In this document: positions 9,502-21,886 of the stretch, piece after piece | Layout of the letters: every line of letters starts with the position of its first letter | Position numbering within the stretch: the stretch's first letter is position 1 | Assembly: GCA_021808985.1 (NCBI GenBank) | Contig: JAKBAQ010000001.1 | Location: forward strand, 1-49,284 | Length of the DNA: 49,284 nucleotides | Reading direction: 5' to 3' | Source of the DNA: Pseudomonadota bacterium | GTDB taxonomy: Bacteria; Pseudomonadota; Alphaproteobacteria; Acetobacterales; Acetobacteraceae | Notes under the pieces: generated by a model | Told to the model about the DNA's origin: nothing | Seen by the model: the letters and a program-made list of their open reading frames with translations, nothing else | Database searches by the model: none | Made by a program: the position numbers and the translations under genes

Positions 9502-9510
9502 GCCCCCGCC

Positions 9511-11976
<2,466 letters not shown>

Positions 11977-12113
11977 TTACTCTATATCAAAAGGCCAGAG
12001 TGCGATGACCCCAGGTTCCCCCGCGCGGCGGAGCAGCCCGAAGCATCGCACTCTATCACCCTTTATAGCTGAACGCGCCGTAAAATCCTAATCAGCGGCG
12101 CCTGATCCGGGGT

Positions 12114-13367
12114 TCAGGGTATCTCCGCCGAGGAGGTGGCGCCCAGCGTCCTGGCCAGCCCCGCTATGGCATCGCGGAACGGCCCGCGGATCGAGGCCGC
12201 CGGCGTGCCGAACTGGCTGGCCTTCGGCACCACGCGCGGCAGATCCGGTATCACCGCGTCAAAGCGCAAGCCCAGGCTCTGCTCCATATAGCTCTGGGCA
12301 AGCCCCCCCGGCGTCTGCGCCTTGTTCAGCACCAGCAGCGGGCGCGATGTTTGCGGCCGCTCCCCGGCCAGGCCCTGCAACCGCTCCAGGTTGCGCACCG
12401 AGACCATGCTCGGGTCCATCACGATAATGCGCTGCTGCGCCAGGTTCAGCAGATCGCGGGAAAACGCGGAAAGCCGGTTGCCCGCATCCATCACCACGAA
12501 ATTATACCGCGCATGCAGCGCGCTGATCAGCGTGCCGCCGCTGCCCGGCTTGTAGACGAAATCTTGGTCCAGCCTTTCCTGCCCGGCCAGCACATGCAGC
12601 CTGTCCCCCGCCGGCTGCATGGAGCGTTCCAGCAGCAGCTGGTCCACCCGTTCCGGCACCGCCAGCGCCGTCCCCAGGCCGTTATTCGCGTTCAGGTTGA
12701 GGTTGAGCGCAATCGTCCCGGTATGCAGCTCCGCATCCACCAGCGCGGTATGGCGGTGCAGCTCGTTGCCGATCATCCAGGCAAGGTTGGTTGCCACCGT
12801 CGATGTCCCCACCCCGCCGCGCGTGCCGGTGAACACCACGAACCGCCCGCTGCGCCGCGCGCCGCCATTGCGCTTCATGTTGCTGATGATGGGCAGGAAA
12901 TTCTGCTCCAGCGTCGCATGGTTCAGCGGTTTGGGCAGATATTCCCGTATCCCCATGCCCTTGGTCACGGTCCGGTAGAAATTCACGTTCACGGTCTCGC
13001 CAATGGCCATCACCACCGTCCCGGGCTCCACCACCTCGGCCAGCTCCATCACGGCGTTAATCGGCTGGTCCTCTCCAGAGAGGTCCACCAGCACGATCTC
13101 CGGCGTGGTCATGGCCGCGAGAATGGCGAGGCTGGCCCGGAAATCCACCACATGAATCTGGTTATTGTCCTGCAATTGCGGCGAGAGCACCGCCTGCAGC
13201 ATGTGCGCGCTCGCCTCGTCATGCGCGAAGCCGATGAATTTCTCCCGCTTGGGCTGCGCCTCCATCGCCGCCAGCGGCTGCGTGAAGGCGGGGTTGTACG
13301 AGGGCGAGAGCTTCGTGAAACGGCTCGATGCGTTGATCTCAGACATATGGGTGTTGATTTCAGACAT
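12114..13367 (-). CDS. cpaE: CpaE/TadZ-like pilus-assembly protein (receiver-like domain + MinD-like ATPase fold)
   Basis: EIVLVDLSG, MGIREYLPKP, degenerate P-loop GTRGGVGTSTVATNLAW. Confidence 0.8.
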   Translation of the reverse strand: MSEINTHMSEINASSRFTKLSPSYNPAFTQPLAAMEAQPKREKFIGFAHDEASAHMLQAVLSPQLQDNNQIHVVDFRASLAILAAMTTPEIVLVDLSGEDQPINAVMELAEVVEPGTVVMAIGETVNVNFYRTVTKGMGIREYLPKPLNHATLEQNFLPIISNMKRNGGARRSGRFVVFTGTRGGVGTSTVATNLAWMIGNELHRHTALVDAELHTGTIALNLNLNANNGLGTALAVPERVDQLLLERSMQPAGDRLHVLAGQERLDQDFVYKPGSGGTLISALHARYNFVVMDAGNRLSAFSRDLLNLAQQRIIVMDPSMVSVRNLERLQGLAGERPQTSRPLLVLNKAQTPGGLAQSYMEQSLGLRFDAVIPDLPRVVPKASQFGTPAASIRGPFRDAIAGLARTLGATSSAEIP

Positions 13368-13369
13368 AT
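13332..13369. repeat. 21-bp-period direct repeat duplicating the cpaE start
   Basis: GTTGATCTCAGACATAT (13332-13348) and GTTGATTTCAGACATAT (13353-13369); encodes MSEINTH-MSEINAS. Confidence 0.85.
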
Positions 13370-13559
13370 AGGCATTCCTCCGGATGAAGGGCCGCCGGGC
13401 GTATCGCCGGACACGTCTTTTTCAACAGATCCGGATTTCCGGGGCGTTAATGGATCAACCCTGGATAGAAAAATAATGAATAAATGTTTTGCGCCGCGTG
13501 GCTTTTCGCGGCGCGCCGCTTTCGCTATCAGCCGTGTTTCATTCTTGATTGGATTTGAT

Positions 13560-14495
13560 ATGGCTAAACAAAAGCGGGGCCGTAAGCTCGACGGCTGGCT
13601 GATTCTCGACAAACCCCAGGGCATCACCAGCACCCAGGCGGTGAACAAGGTCAAGCGCGCGCTTGATGCGCAAAAGGCCGGCCACGGCGGCACGCTGGAC
13701 CCTCTGGCCACCGGCATCCTGCCCATCGCCCTGGGCAATGCGACCAAAACCGTGCCCTATGTCATGGACGGCACCAAGCTCTACCATTTCACCATCCGCT
13801 TCGGCGAGGCGCGCGACACGGACGACGCCGAAGGCGCGGTGACGCAAACCTCCCCCGCCCGCCCCACCGATGCGCAAATCCAAGCCGCGCTGCCCGCCTT
13901 CCGCGGCGCCATCATGCAAATTCCGCCCGCCTTTTCGGCCATCAAGGTCGATGGCGAGCGCGCCTACGACCTGGCGCGCGCCGGCGCGCCGCCCGAGCTG
14001 CCGCCCCGCCCCGCGCAGGTGGACCGTTTCGAGCTGATCGGCCGGCCTGATGCCGACACCGCCGTCTTCGAGGTTGAATCCGGCAAGGGCGTCTACATGC
14101 GCTCCCTGGCGCGAGACCTGGCCCGCGCCTGCGGCACGGTGGGGCACATCGTGGTGCTGCGGCGCCTGCGCGTGGGGCCATTCCTGGAAAACATGGCCAT
14201 CCCTATGGACACGCTCCTCGATCCGGCGCATACGCCCAGCGCACTTGCCGAGCTCATTCGGCCGCTCGAGACCGCGCTGGACGACATCCCGGCACTGGCC
14301 CTGACGGCTGTTGAGGCTCATGCCCTCTCACAAGGCCAGCCGCTCAACCTGGTTGACCTGATGGGGCGGATTCCAGATGCCGCCAACCCTGATGAAGGGC
14401 TGGTCCGCGTGCTGGCGGCGGGGCGCGTTCTGGCCCTGGCCCGACTCTCTGATGGGTGGCTGAAGCCGGAGCGTTTGATTCAACAATTTTCGTGA
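13560..14495 (+). CDS. truB: tRNA pseudouridine(55) synthase
   Basis: [47 protein letters not shown]. Confidence 0.96.
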   Translation: MAKQKRGRKLDGWLILDKPQGITSTQAVNKVKRALDAQKAGHGGTLDPLATGILPIALGNATKTVPYVMDGTKLYHFTIRFGEARDTDDAEGAVTQTSPARPTDAQIQAALPAFRGAIMQIPPAFSAIKVDGERAYDLARAGAPPELPPRPAQVDRFELIGRPDADTAVFEVESGKGVYMRSLARDLARACGTVGHIVVLRRLRVGPFLENMAIPMDTLLDPAHTPSALAELIRPLETALDDIPALALTAVEAHALSQGQPLNLVDLMGRIPDAANPDEGLVRVLAAGRVLALARLSDGWLKPERLIQQFS

Positions 14496-14506
14496 AGGAT
14501 ATCACG

Positions 14507-14776
14507 ATGTCGATTACCCCAGAGCGCCGCACGGCGCTGATAGCCGAATACGCCACCGCCGAACATGACACTGGCAGCCCCGAAGTGCAGGTCGCCCTGC
14601 TTTCCGAGCGCATCTCCAACCTCACCGAGCATCTCAAGAGCCACGCGAAGGACTTCCATTCCCGCCGCGGCCTGCTCGTGCTGGTCGGTCAGCGCCGCTC
14701 GCTGCTGGACTATCTGAAGCGCAAGAACGCGAAGCGCTACCAGGACCTCATCGCCCGCCTGAACCTGCGCCGCTAA
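14507..14776 (+). CDS. rpsO: 30S ribosomal protein S15
   Basis: [24 protein letters not shown]; 89 aa. Confidence 0.98.
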   Translation: MSITPERRTALIAEYATAEHDTGSPEVQVALLSERISNLTEHLKSHAKDFHSRRGLLVLVGQRRSLLDYLKRKNAKRYQDLIARLNLRR

Positions 14777-14796
14777 GCCGCCAGGATAAATCACCC

Positions 14797-14833
14797 AAAA
14801 GCGCCGCGCGGGAAACCGCCCGGCGCTTTTTTT
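14797..14833 (+). terminator. Intrinsic terminator after rpsO
   Basis: AAAAGCGCCG...CGGCGCTTTTTTT hairpin with a T7 tail. Confidence 0.85.
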
Positions 14834-14975
14834 GTCCCCGCGCCACGGCCTCCGGCCCTGCATTCGTACGCAGCTTAACTTTATTCCTCAGCTAAAGTGT
14901 TGTAGCGTACAAACCGGAAAATGCCCCCAGGCGCGCCCGCGCCGGGGCGCTGAATAATACCGGAGGAGCATTGCG

Positions 14976-16220
14976 ATGGACCAGGCCGTTACCCCGAATG
15001 ATTTTGATTTCAGCCACGCCGGCGAGCTTGGCGACCGGCTCTTCCCCCTCCTCAATGAGCTGCGCGAGCGCGACCCCGTGCATTGGGACGAAAAATCCCG
15101 CTGCTGGATCATCACCCGCCATGCGGATATTTCCGACGCCCTCTACGGCCGCGTGCCGGTGAGCAACCTGCGGCTGGCGCAGGCGTCCATTTCGGCGATC
15201 CCGCGGTCCCAATGGGCCGAAAAACTGCCGAATCTGATCAAATACTCCCCCTACCACATCACCAACATGGACCCGCCAAACCACACCCGCATGCGCGGCC
15301 TGCTCACCAAGGCGTTCAGCCGCAACGTGGTGGAGGCGCTGCGCCCCTACGCCCAGGGCATCATCACCGGGCTGATGGACAAAATGCGCCAGCCCGGCGA
15401 GGTGGAATTCGCCGACATCGCCCTGGCCCTGCCCGGTAACGTGATCTTGAAGCTCCTGGGCCTGCCCGAGGAATTCTATCCCCGCCTGCGCGTCTGGGCC
15501 AATGACGTGATGGTCGGTCTTGGCACCCCCAACCCTGACGCCGAATGGGTGATCGCGGCTGACCGCGCCTTCGCCGAGCTCACCGCGGCGGCCCTGCCCA
15601 TCATCAAGAACCGGCGTGAGACCCCCCACCGCCCGGATGATTTCATTTCCTCCCTGGTCCACGCCAAGGACGGCAAGGACGGCCTGAGCGAGGATGAAAT
15701 CGTCGGCGTGCTGCAAGTGGCCGTCATCGCCGGACATGACACGACCGCGAACTCAATGACCCTTGGCATCGAAAAACTGGCCCGCGCGCCGCAAGCCTGG
15801 GCCCACATGGCCGCCCACCCCGAACAGATGATGGCCTCGGTGCTGGAGCTGATGCGCTATTCCGCGATGTCCACCGCCCAGAACCGCGCGGTCGCCCATG
15901 ATTTTGAATGGCACGGCAAGCAGATCCGCAAAGGCGACACGATTTTCCTGATGTTCGCCGCCGGCAACCGCGACCCGCGCGCCTATGCCAACCCCGAGGC
16001 GCTGGACCTCTCACGCCCCAACGACCAGTCGCTGACCTTCGGCCCCGGCATTCACCATTGCATCGGCCATCTCCTGGCCAAAATGCAGCTGACCGAATTC
16101 TTCACCGCGCTGACAGCGAATTTTTCCGGCGCGCGGGTGCTGGATGACGAGGTGAAGTTCGCCAACATCCTGGCCTTCCGGGCCATCCCCTCGCTGCGGA
16201 TGCAATTCCAGCCGCGTTAG
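14976..16220 (+). CDS. Cytochrome P450
   Basis: DPPNHTRMR, I-helix AGHDTT, ExxR (ELMR), ANR-like GNRDP, heme motif FGPGIHHCIG; GGAGG RBS. Confidence 0.95.
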   Translation: MDQAVTPNDFDFSHAGELGDRLFPLLNELRERDPVHWDEKSRCWIITRHADISDALYGRVPVSNLRLAQASISAIPRSQWAEKLPNLIKYSPYHITNMDPPNHTRMRGLLTKAFSRNVVEALRPYAQGIITGLMDKMRQPGEVEFADIALALPGNVILKLLGLPEEFYPRLRVWANDVMVGLGTPNPDAEWVIAADRAFAELTAAALPIIKNRRETPHRPDDFISSLVHAKDGKDGLSEDEIVGVLQVAVIAGHDTTANSMTLGIEKLARAPQAWAHMAAHPEQMMASVLELMRYSAMSTAQNRAVAHDFEWHGKQIRKGDTIFLMFAAGNRDPRAYANPEALDLSRPNDQSLTFGPGIHHCIGHLLAKMQLTEFFTALTANFSGARVLDDEVKFANILAFRAIPSLRMQFQPR

Positions 16221-16246
16221 GCGCTTTGTCCGCGGGAGAGACGCAA

Positions 16247-17065
16247 ATGCAAACAGCAACACAGCTCAAGGCCAGGGCACGGCAATTTTTCGCCGCCCTG
16301 GCCATTGGCGATACGGATTCCCTCGCCCCCCTGGTCGCGGAGTCCTACACGCCGCACTGCGCCAGGCTCGCCGGCGTGCCGGTGCTGCCGGCCGGCCGCG
16401 CGGCGCTGCTGCGGCGGCTGGCGGCGCGCGGCGGCATTGGGCATCAGCTCCACCGGCTCATCGCCGATGGCGATCACATCTTCGCCCAGATGCGCTACGA
16501 TGGCGCGATCCCCATCTCCGGCGCTGACATCTTCCGTTTTGACCCAGCCGGCCGCATCGCCGAACACTGGAATTCCCGCCAGCCCATCCCGCAGGATCTG
16601 GCAACCGGCCAGGACCGTTTCACCGGCGGCGGCGATCCCGCTCTGCCAATGAGCGAGGCCCGCCGCCAGGAGATGAAAAAAATCCTCACCAGCGTGCTCA
16701 TGGACATGTGGAGCAAAGGCAACGCCGCGCTGGTCCCGGTTTTCTACGCGCCCTCTTACATCCAGCACAATCCTGACATGCCAGGCGGCTACGCCCGCAT
16801 CAAGGAGATCATGGAAACCGAAATTCAAAAATACATCGCCGCCACCGGCGGCGATTTCCCGGTTGACATTCACCTCATGGGCGCCGAGGGCGACCTGATT
16901 TTCGTCTATTACAGCATCTTCATGGCCGGCATTAACCGCAACGCCGGCGCGCGCTCCACCAACACCGATATCTTCCGCATCGACGCATCCAACCGCATGA
17001 TCGAACATTGGGACGTGCTGCAGATGGAAAGCGAACCACTGGCGGACGATCACACGCTGTTCTGA
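16247..17065 (+). CDS. Tandem SnoaL/NTF2-like domain protein
   Basis: Two similar halves ending in DIFRF..GRIAEHWN and DIFRI..NRMIEHWD; YIQHNP motif; GGGAG RBS. Confidence 0.8.
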   Translation: MQTATQLKARARQFFAALAIGDTDSLAPLVAESYTPHCARLAGVPVLPAGRAALLRRLAARGGIGHQLHRLIADGDHIFAQMRYDGAIPISGADIFRFDPAGRIAEHWNSRQPIPQDLATGQDRFTGGGDPALPMSEARRQEMKKILTSVLMDMWSKGNAALVPVFYAPSYIQHNPDMPGGYARIKEIMETEIQKYIAATGGDFPVDIHLMGAEGDLIFVYYSIFMAGINRNAGARSTNTDIFRIDASNRMIEHWDVLQMESEPLADDHTLF

Positions 17066-17144
17066 TCAGGCAACCAATATCGCTGGCGATATTGAAAATT
17101 CCCGCGATTTTTGAGCGCTTTTCATGAAAAGCGTCGCAAAGACC

Positions 17145-18116
17145 TCAAGCCTCGCGCTTTGGCTTCATCGTGCCGGGAATGGTGAAGCCCAGATGCGCAA
17201 AGCTCTCGCGCATATGCGGGGGCAGGGGGGCTTCAACGCTCAGCGTGCCGCCCTCGGGGTGGGCAAAGCGCAGGCAGCGCGCGTGCAGGTGCAGCTGCGG
17301 CGCAAACCCCTCGGCAAAGGCCTGGCCATAAGCCGCATCACCCAGAATCGGCGTGCCCAGCGCCAGCATGTGGGCGCGCAGCTGGTGCATCCGCCCGGTC
17401 TGCGGCTGCAGCTCCATCCAGGCGAATTTCCTGCCCGCATATTCCACCACCCGGTAGGCGGTAACCGCCTTCAGCGCCTCCGGGTCCTTGCGGCTGGCCG
17501 GCTCCGCGCGTGAGACTCCGCCAACCTCCACCCGCAGCAGCGGCAGGTCTATGCGCCCCTCCAGCACATCCGGCACGCCCCACACCAGCGCCCAGTAGGT
17601 TTTTTCCACATCCCTCCCGCGAAACGCGGTGGCGAGCTTGCTCGCCGGCTTCACGCCGCGCGCCAGCAGCAGCACGCCGGAAGTGTCGCGGTCCAGCCGG
17701 TGCACGAGCTTGGGCCGCTCGCTGCCCCCAAAGCGCAGGGCGTCGAGCATCCCGTCCAGATGCACGCTAATCCCGCTGCCCCCCTGGCTGGCCAGCCCCG
17801 CCGGCTTGTTGAGCACGATCACGGACTCATCCCGGTAGAGGATCATCCCCTCCAGCTCGCGTATCATCTGCGGGTCCATGGCCACCACGTGCCGCTGCCT
17901 TGGCATCTCCCGCGGCGGGGTAATCCTGGGCGCGGTCACGGTATCGCCCAGCGCCAGGCGCGTATTGGCCTCCGCCTTGGCCCCATTCACCCGGATTTTC
18001 CCCTCCCGCAGGAATTTTTGGATATGCGCCTGCGTCAACCCCTCCACATTGCGGCGCAAAAAACGGTCCAGGCGGGTATTGGTCTCAGCCTCGGGAACTT
18101 CAAAAGTAAGTGTCAT
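17145..18116 (-). CDS. RluA/RluC-family 23S rRNA pseudouridine synthase with S4 domain
   Basis: RLDRFL, NKPAGL, VHRLDRDTSG, TGRMHQLRAH, LHLHA. Confidence 0.93.
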   Translation of the reverse strand: MTLTFEVPEAETNTRLDRFLRRNVEGLTQAHIQKFLREGKIRVNGAKAEANTRLALGDTVTAPRITPPREMPRQRHVVAMDPQMIRELEGMILYRDESVIVLNKPAGLASQGGSGISVHLDGMLDALRFGGSERPKLVHRLDRDTSGVLLLARGVKPASKLATAFRGRDVEKTYWALVWGVPDVLEGRIDLPLLRVEVGGVSRAEPASRKDPEALKAVTAYRVVEYAGRKFAWMELQPQTGRMHQLRAHMLALGTPILGDAAYGQAFAEGFAPQLHLHARCLRFAHPEGGTLSVEAPLPPHMRESFAHLGFTIPGTMKPKREA

Positions 18117-19432
18117 GCCCCCTCTTCGCGCAGTTTCGCCCAATAAGCGAGCCGCTTGGTAATTTCCCGCTCAAACCCGCGCTGCGCGGGCCGGTAGAAA
18201 TCCGGCCGCCCCATCCCCTCGGGAAAGTAATTATCGCCCGAAAACCCCTCGCTGGTGTCATGGTCATAGGTGTAGCCCTCGCCATAGCCCAGGTTTTTCA
18301 TCAGCTTGGTGGGGGCGTTGAGAATATTTTGCGGCGGCATCAGGCTGCCGGTCTCCCTGGCGGCGCGGCTGGCCGCGCCCAGCGCCTTGTAGGCGGCGTT
18401 CGATTTTGGCGCGGTGGCCAGATAAAGCACGGCCTGGGCGATGCACAGCTCCCCCTCCGGCGAGCCCAGGCGCTCATAGGCTTCCCAGGCGGCCAGCGCC
18501 TGCACCAGGGCCTGCGGGTCGGCGAGGCCGATATCCTCGGAGGCAAACCGCGTAATGCGCCGCGCGATGAAGCGCGGATCCTCCCCGCCGGCGAACATCC
18601 GGGCCAGCCAGTACAGCGCCGCATCGGCGTCCGAGCCGCGCATCGACTTATGCAGCGCGCTGATGAGGTTGTAATGTTCCTCCCTGTCCCGGTCATAAAG
18701 TGCCGCCCGGCGAGAGAGCAGGCGGCTCAACGCCTCTTCATCTAAAGTTAAAGTTTCATGGCTGGGCAGCGAAAAAAGCTGCTCTGCCATGTTCAGCAGG
18801 GCGCGCCCGTCGCCATCGGCCATGGCGCGCAGCATGGCGCGGGCCTGGGCTGTCAGCGGCAGCGCCCGCCCGGTCGCGGTCTCGGCGCGCGCCAGCAGCG
18901 CCTCCATCGCCGCATCGTCCAGGCGGCGCAGCACCAGCACCTGGCAGCGCGAGAGCAGCGCCCCGTTCAGGGCGAAGGAGGGGTTTTCCGTGGTCGCCCC
19001 CGCCAGCACGATGGTCCCCGCCTCCACCACGGGCAGAAAGGCATCCTGCTGCGCGCGGTTGAAGCGGTGAATCTCATCAACGAAAAGAAACGTGGCGCGG
19101 CCTGCCTTTTTCAGTTTCAGCGCATCGTCGAACACGCGCTTCAAATCAGCCACCCCGGAAAAGACAGCGGATATCTGCGTGAAGTGCAAGCCCGCGCCGC
19201 GGGCCAGCAGCCGCGCGATGGTGGTCTTGCCAACCCCTGGTGGCCCCCACAGAATCAGCGAGGCGAGCGAGCCGCGGGCCAGCATTCCGGTAAGGCTGCC
19301 CTGCGGCCCAAGCAGATGTTCCTGCCCCACAATGTCCGCCAGGGCGCGCGGGCGCAGGCGCTCGGCCAGGGGCTGGCCCTGTGCTGGCAACGATTCGGCG
19401 GCGGCTGGGGCGAACAGATCATCCTCGGGCAT
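18113..19432 (-). CDS. rarA: Replication-associated recombination protein A
   Basis: PLAERLRP, GPPGVGKTT, DEIHRFN, TTENP, SALHKSMRGSD, SEDIGLADP. Confidence 0.95.
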   Translation of the reverse strand: MPEDDLFAPAAAESLPAQGQPLAERLRPRALADIVGQEHLLGPQGSLTGMLARGSLASLILWGPPGVGKTTIARLLARGAGLHFTQISAVFSGVADLKRVFDDALKLKKAGRATFLFVDEIHRFNRAQQDAFLPVVEAGTIVLAGATTENPSFALNGALLSRCQVLVLRRLDDAAMEALLARAETATGRALPLTAQARAMLRAMADGDGRALLNMAEQLFSLPSHETLTLDEEALSRLLSRRAALYDRDREEHYNLISALHKSMRGSDADAALYWLARMFAGGEDPRFIARRITRFASEDIGLADPQALVQALAAWEAYERLGSPEGELCIAQAVLYLATAPKSNAAYKALGAASRAARETGSLMPPQNILNAPTKLMKNLGYGEGYTYDHDTSEGFSGDNYFPEGMGRPDFYRPAQRGFEREITKRLAYWAKLREEGA

Positions 19433-19639
19433 CGGGCCATTCTAGCCTGTGCGCGGCCCGGATTGAAGCAGGGGTCTCGTTGCGCTTTTGGCGCCACGGG
19501 TGCAGAATGATGTCGCGCCGCATTTGTTAAAGCAGGGCCTTGGCTGGTTCATGCCGGTGCCCGCTGTCTGACTTGGCTGCGCAAGCGTGTAAATTCAAGC
19601 GTTTAAATTTCCGAACAGCTAGCTTATGAAAGTAGTCCG

Positions 19640-20053
19640 ATGAACGCATTTAAAGTGACTGGATTGGCGGCGGCCGGTCTGCTGCTGGCAACCGTGGCGG
19701 CTATGGCGGCAACGCCTCCCGCGCTGTACACCCAGACGCAGGCAAGCGCCGGCGCCACGGTGTTCGCGCAGAGCTGCGCGATGTGCCATGGCGCCGACCT
19801 TAAAGGCGTGGCGGGCCCCGCGCTGATCGGGCCGACTTTTGCGGCACCCGGCAACAAATACACGGTTGGCTCCGTGTTCACCGAAATCTCCCAGCAGATG
19901 CCGGTGAGCGCCCCTGGCAGCCTCTCGCATGATGAGTATGCCGATGTCATGTCATACATCATGAGCAAAAACGGCTACCCGGCCGGTACCACCGCGCTGG
20001 ACTACACAACCAGCCTGACCTCCACGGTGCCCTTCGTCACGCAGGTCAAGTAA
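19640..20053 (+). CDS. Periplasmic class I monoheme cytochrome c
   Basis: Signal peptide, CAMCH, GPAL, distal Met in QMP. Confidence 0.88.
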   Translation: MNAFKVTGLAAAGLLLATVAAMAATPPALYTQTQASAGATVFAQSCAMCHGADLKGVAGPALIGPTFAAPGNKYTVGSVFTEISQQMPVSAPGSLSHDEYADVMSYIMSKNGYPAGTTALDYTTSLTSTVPFVTQVK

Positions 20054-20083
20054 TCCCGCGTCACTTAAGGTAACAGAAGCATG

Positions 20084-20113
20084 GCCGCCGGAGAGCAGTC
20101 TCCGGCGGTTTTT
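20084..20113 (+). terminator. Hairpin terminator between the convergent cytochrome c and ygfZ genes
   Basis: GCCGCCGGAGA-gcag-TCTCCGGCGGT followed by a T run. Confidence 0.75.
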
Positions 20114-20934
20114 CATGCCGGCAGGCGCAGCCAGCCTGGCGGCATCGGCCGCAGCGTGGTGGCGCCGGCCAGCAACGCCTTGCCCAGCGCATCCACCCGC
20201 AGCATGGCCAGCGCCATCCCCCCGGCATGCGAGCCCACCCTGCCAACCTCCACGCCATCGGCCATGACAGGCGTTCCCGGCGCCGGCGCTTCCCCGCCGC
20301 ACAGCACCGGAATAAGCCGCTGCTTCACCAATCCGCGATATTTGGTGCGCGCGGTCAGCTCCTGGCCCATATAGCAGCCCTTGTTCCAGGCGATTCCGTG
20401 CAATTCATCGAATCCCGCCTCCAGCAGCAGCGTCTTTTCCGCCTCCAGGTCCGGCGGCCCGTCCGGCAGGCCAAGCGCAATGCGGTGCGCCGCATATTCC
20501 CCCGCCGTGGCATTGGCGCTCAGCGGCGCCTCGCTCAGCACGCGCAACCCCGCCTCCGGCAGGCGCGGGTCCGGCGCAACGCTCAAAATCCCGCCGCCCG
20601 CGCCCAGCGCCGCCCCGCCCCAGCCGGCATAAACATGGCAGCGCTCCGATATATCAGCCAACTCCACCGCCGCCCGCAGCTTAAAGCGCCGCAGCCTGGC
20701 CAGCAGCCCCGCCAGCGCCTCGCGCGGCGCCTCCAGCAGCAGCGCCCCGGCATCGGCATGGATGAAGAAATCGCACAAATACCGCCCCTGCGGCGTCAGC
20801 AGCGCCGCCCACACGGCCCGTCCGGGGGCGGCGAGGGCGGCATCGTTGGAAACCAGCCCGTTGAGAAAGCCGACTCGGTCCGCGCCGGTAAGGGATATGA
20901 CGCCGCGCTGCGGCAAATTCGCCAGAAAGCTCAT
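20113..20934 (-). CDS. ygfZ: Folate-binding Fe-S/tRNA-modification protein YgfZ
   Basis: LLTPQGR and KGCYMGQELTAR signature. Confidence 0.92.
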   Translation of the reverse strand: MSFLANLPQRGVISLTGADRVGFLNGLVSNDAALAAPGRAVWAALLTPQGRYLCDFFIHADAGALLLEAPREALAGLLARLRRFKLRAAVELADISERCHVYAGWGGAALGAGGGILSVAPDPRLPEAGLRVLSEAPLSANATAGEYAAHRIALGLPDGPPDLEAEKTLLLEAGFDELHGIAWNKGCYMGQELTARTKYRGLVKQRLIPVLCGGEAPAPGTPVMADGVEVGRVGSHAGGMALAMLRVDALGKALLAGATTLRPMPPGWLRLPA

Positions 20935-20992
20935 GATATTGAAAATGGGCGCTTGGCGCGGAAGCCGCAAGCCGTGCTAGACGCAAGGCCAG

Positions 20993-21886
20993 ATGCGAAT
21001 CCTTTTTATAACTTCCTCGCGGCTGGGCGACGCCGTGATCTCCTGTGGTATTTTGGAGCAGCTGCGCCTGGCCTATCCGCAAGCGCGGATCACGGTTGCG
21101 TGTGGCGTGGTGGCGGCGGGCATATTCGCCAGAATGCCCGGTCTCGAGCAGCTCATCATCTTCGAGAAAGAAGGCTTCGACCTGCATTGGCTCCGGCTCT
21201 GGACCCGTCTGGTCGGCAAATTCTGGAGCCAGGTGGTCGATGTTCGCTCCTCCGGCATCTCCTTTTTCCTCGCCGCCGGGCGGCGCAAAATCCTGCGCGG
21301 CGGCCGCCGCCCCGGCCGGCGATATGAGCAGCTGGGCGCGGCCATGGGCTTCTCGCCCGCCCCCTTGCCCGTGGCCTGGACCGCCCCGGCCGACGACGCC
21401 AAAGCCGCCGCCCTGCTGGGTGAAGGCCCGGTTATCGGCCTCGGCCCAACCGCCAATTGGGGCGGCAAAATCTGGCCGCCGGAGCGCTTCGTGGCGTTGT
21501 ATGAGTCGCTGGCCGCGCAAATTCCCCATGCCCGGGTGGCCGTGTTCGCCGGTCCCGGCGCGCATGAGCGTGCCCTGGCCGCCCCCGTGCTGGCCGCCTT
21601 GCCTGGCGCCATAGACCTTGTCGGCAACCTCACCCTGCCAGAAGTCGCCGCCTGCCTGCGCCGCTGCCGCATCTTCATCGGCAACGATTCCGGGCTGATG
21701 CATCTCGCCGCCGCCGCCGGCGCGCCCACCCTGGGCCTGTTCGGCCGCTCCCGGGCCGATGAATACGCCCCCGCCGGGCTGCGCGCCGCCGTCGCCATCG
21801 CCCCCGGCCCGGCCGGCGAGGCACCCATGGAGGGCCTGACGGTGGAAACCGTGGCCGCCGCCGCGCGGAGGCTGCTATGCGCATAG
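20993..21886 (+). CDS. GT9 (heptosyltransferase-like) glycosyltransferase
   Basis: RLGDAV, KIWPPERF, GNDSGLMHLAAA..PTLGLFG. Confidence 0.88.
   Translation: MRILFITSSRLGDAVISCGILEQLRLAYPQARITVACGVVAAGIFARMPGLEQLIIFEKEGFDLHWLRLWTRLVGKFWSQVVDVRSSGISFFLAAGRRKILRGGRRPGRRYEQLGAAMGFSPAPLPVAWTAPADDAKAAALLGEGPVIGLGPTANWGGKIWPPERFVALYESLAAQIPHARVAVFAGPGAHERALAAPVLAALPGAIDLVGNLTLPEVAACLRRCRIFIGNDSGLMHLAAAAGAPTLGLFGRSRADEYAPAGLRAAVAIAPGPAGEAPMEGLTVETVAAAARRLLCA

Noticed and set aside
12351-13559. Apparent 400-aa N-terminal extension of TruB (714-aa ORF)
   Set aside because: It is antisense to cpaE. TruB homology starts at MAKQKRG (13560).
19500-19523. RegA/RegR-like site upstream of the cytochrome c gene
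   Set aside because: Two mismatches to a short GC-rich consensus; not distinguishable from chance.
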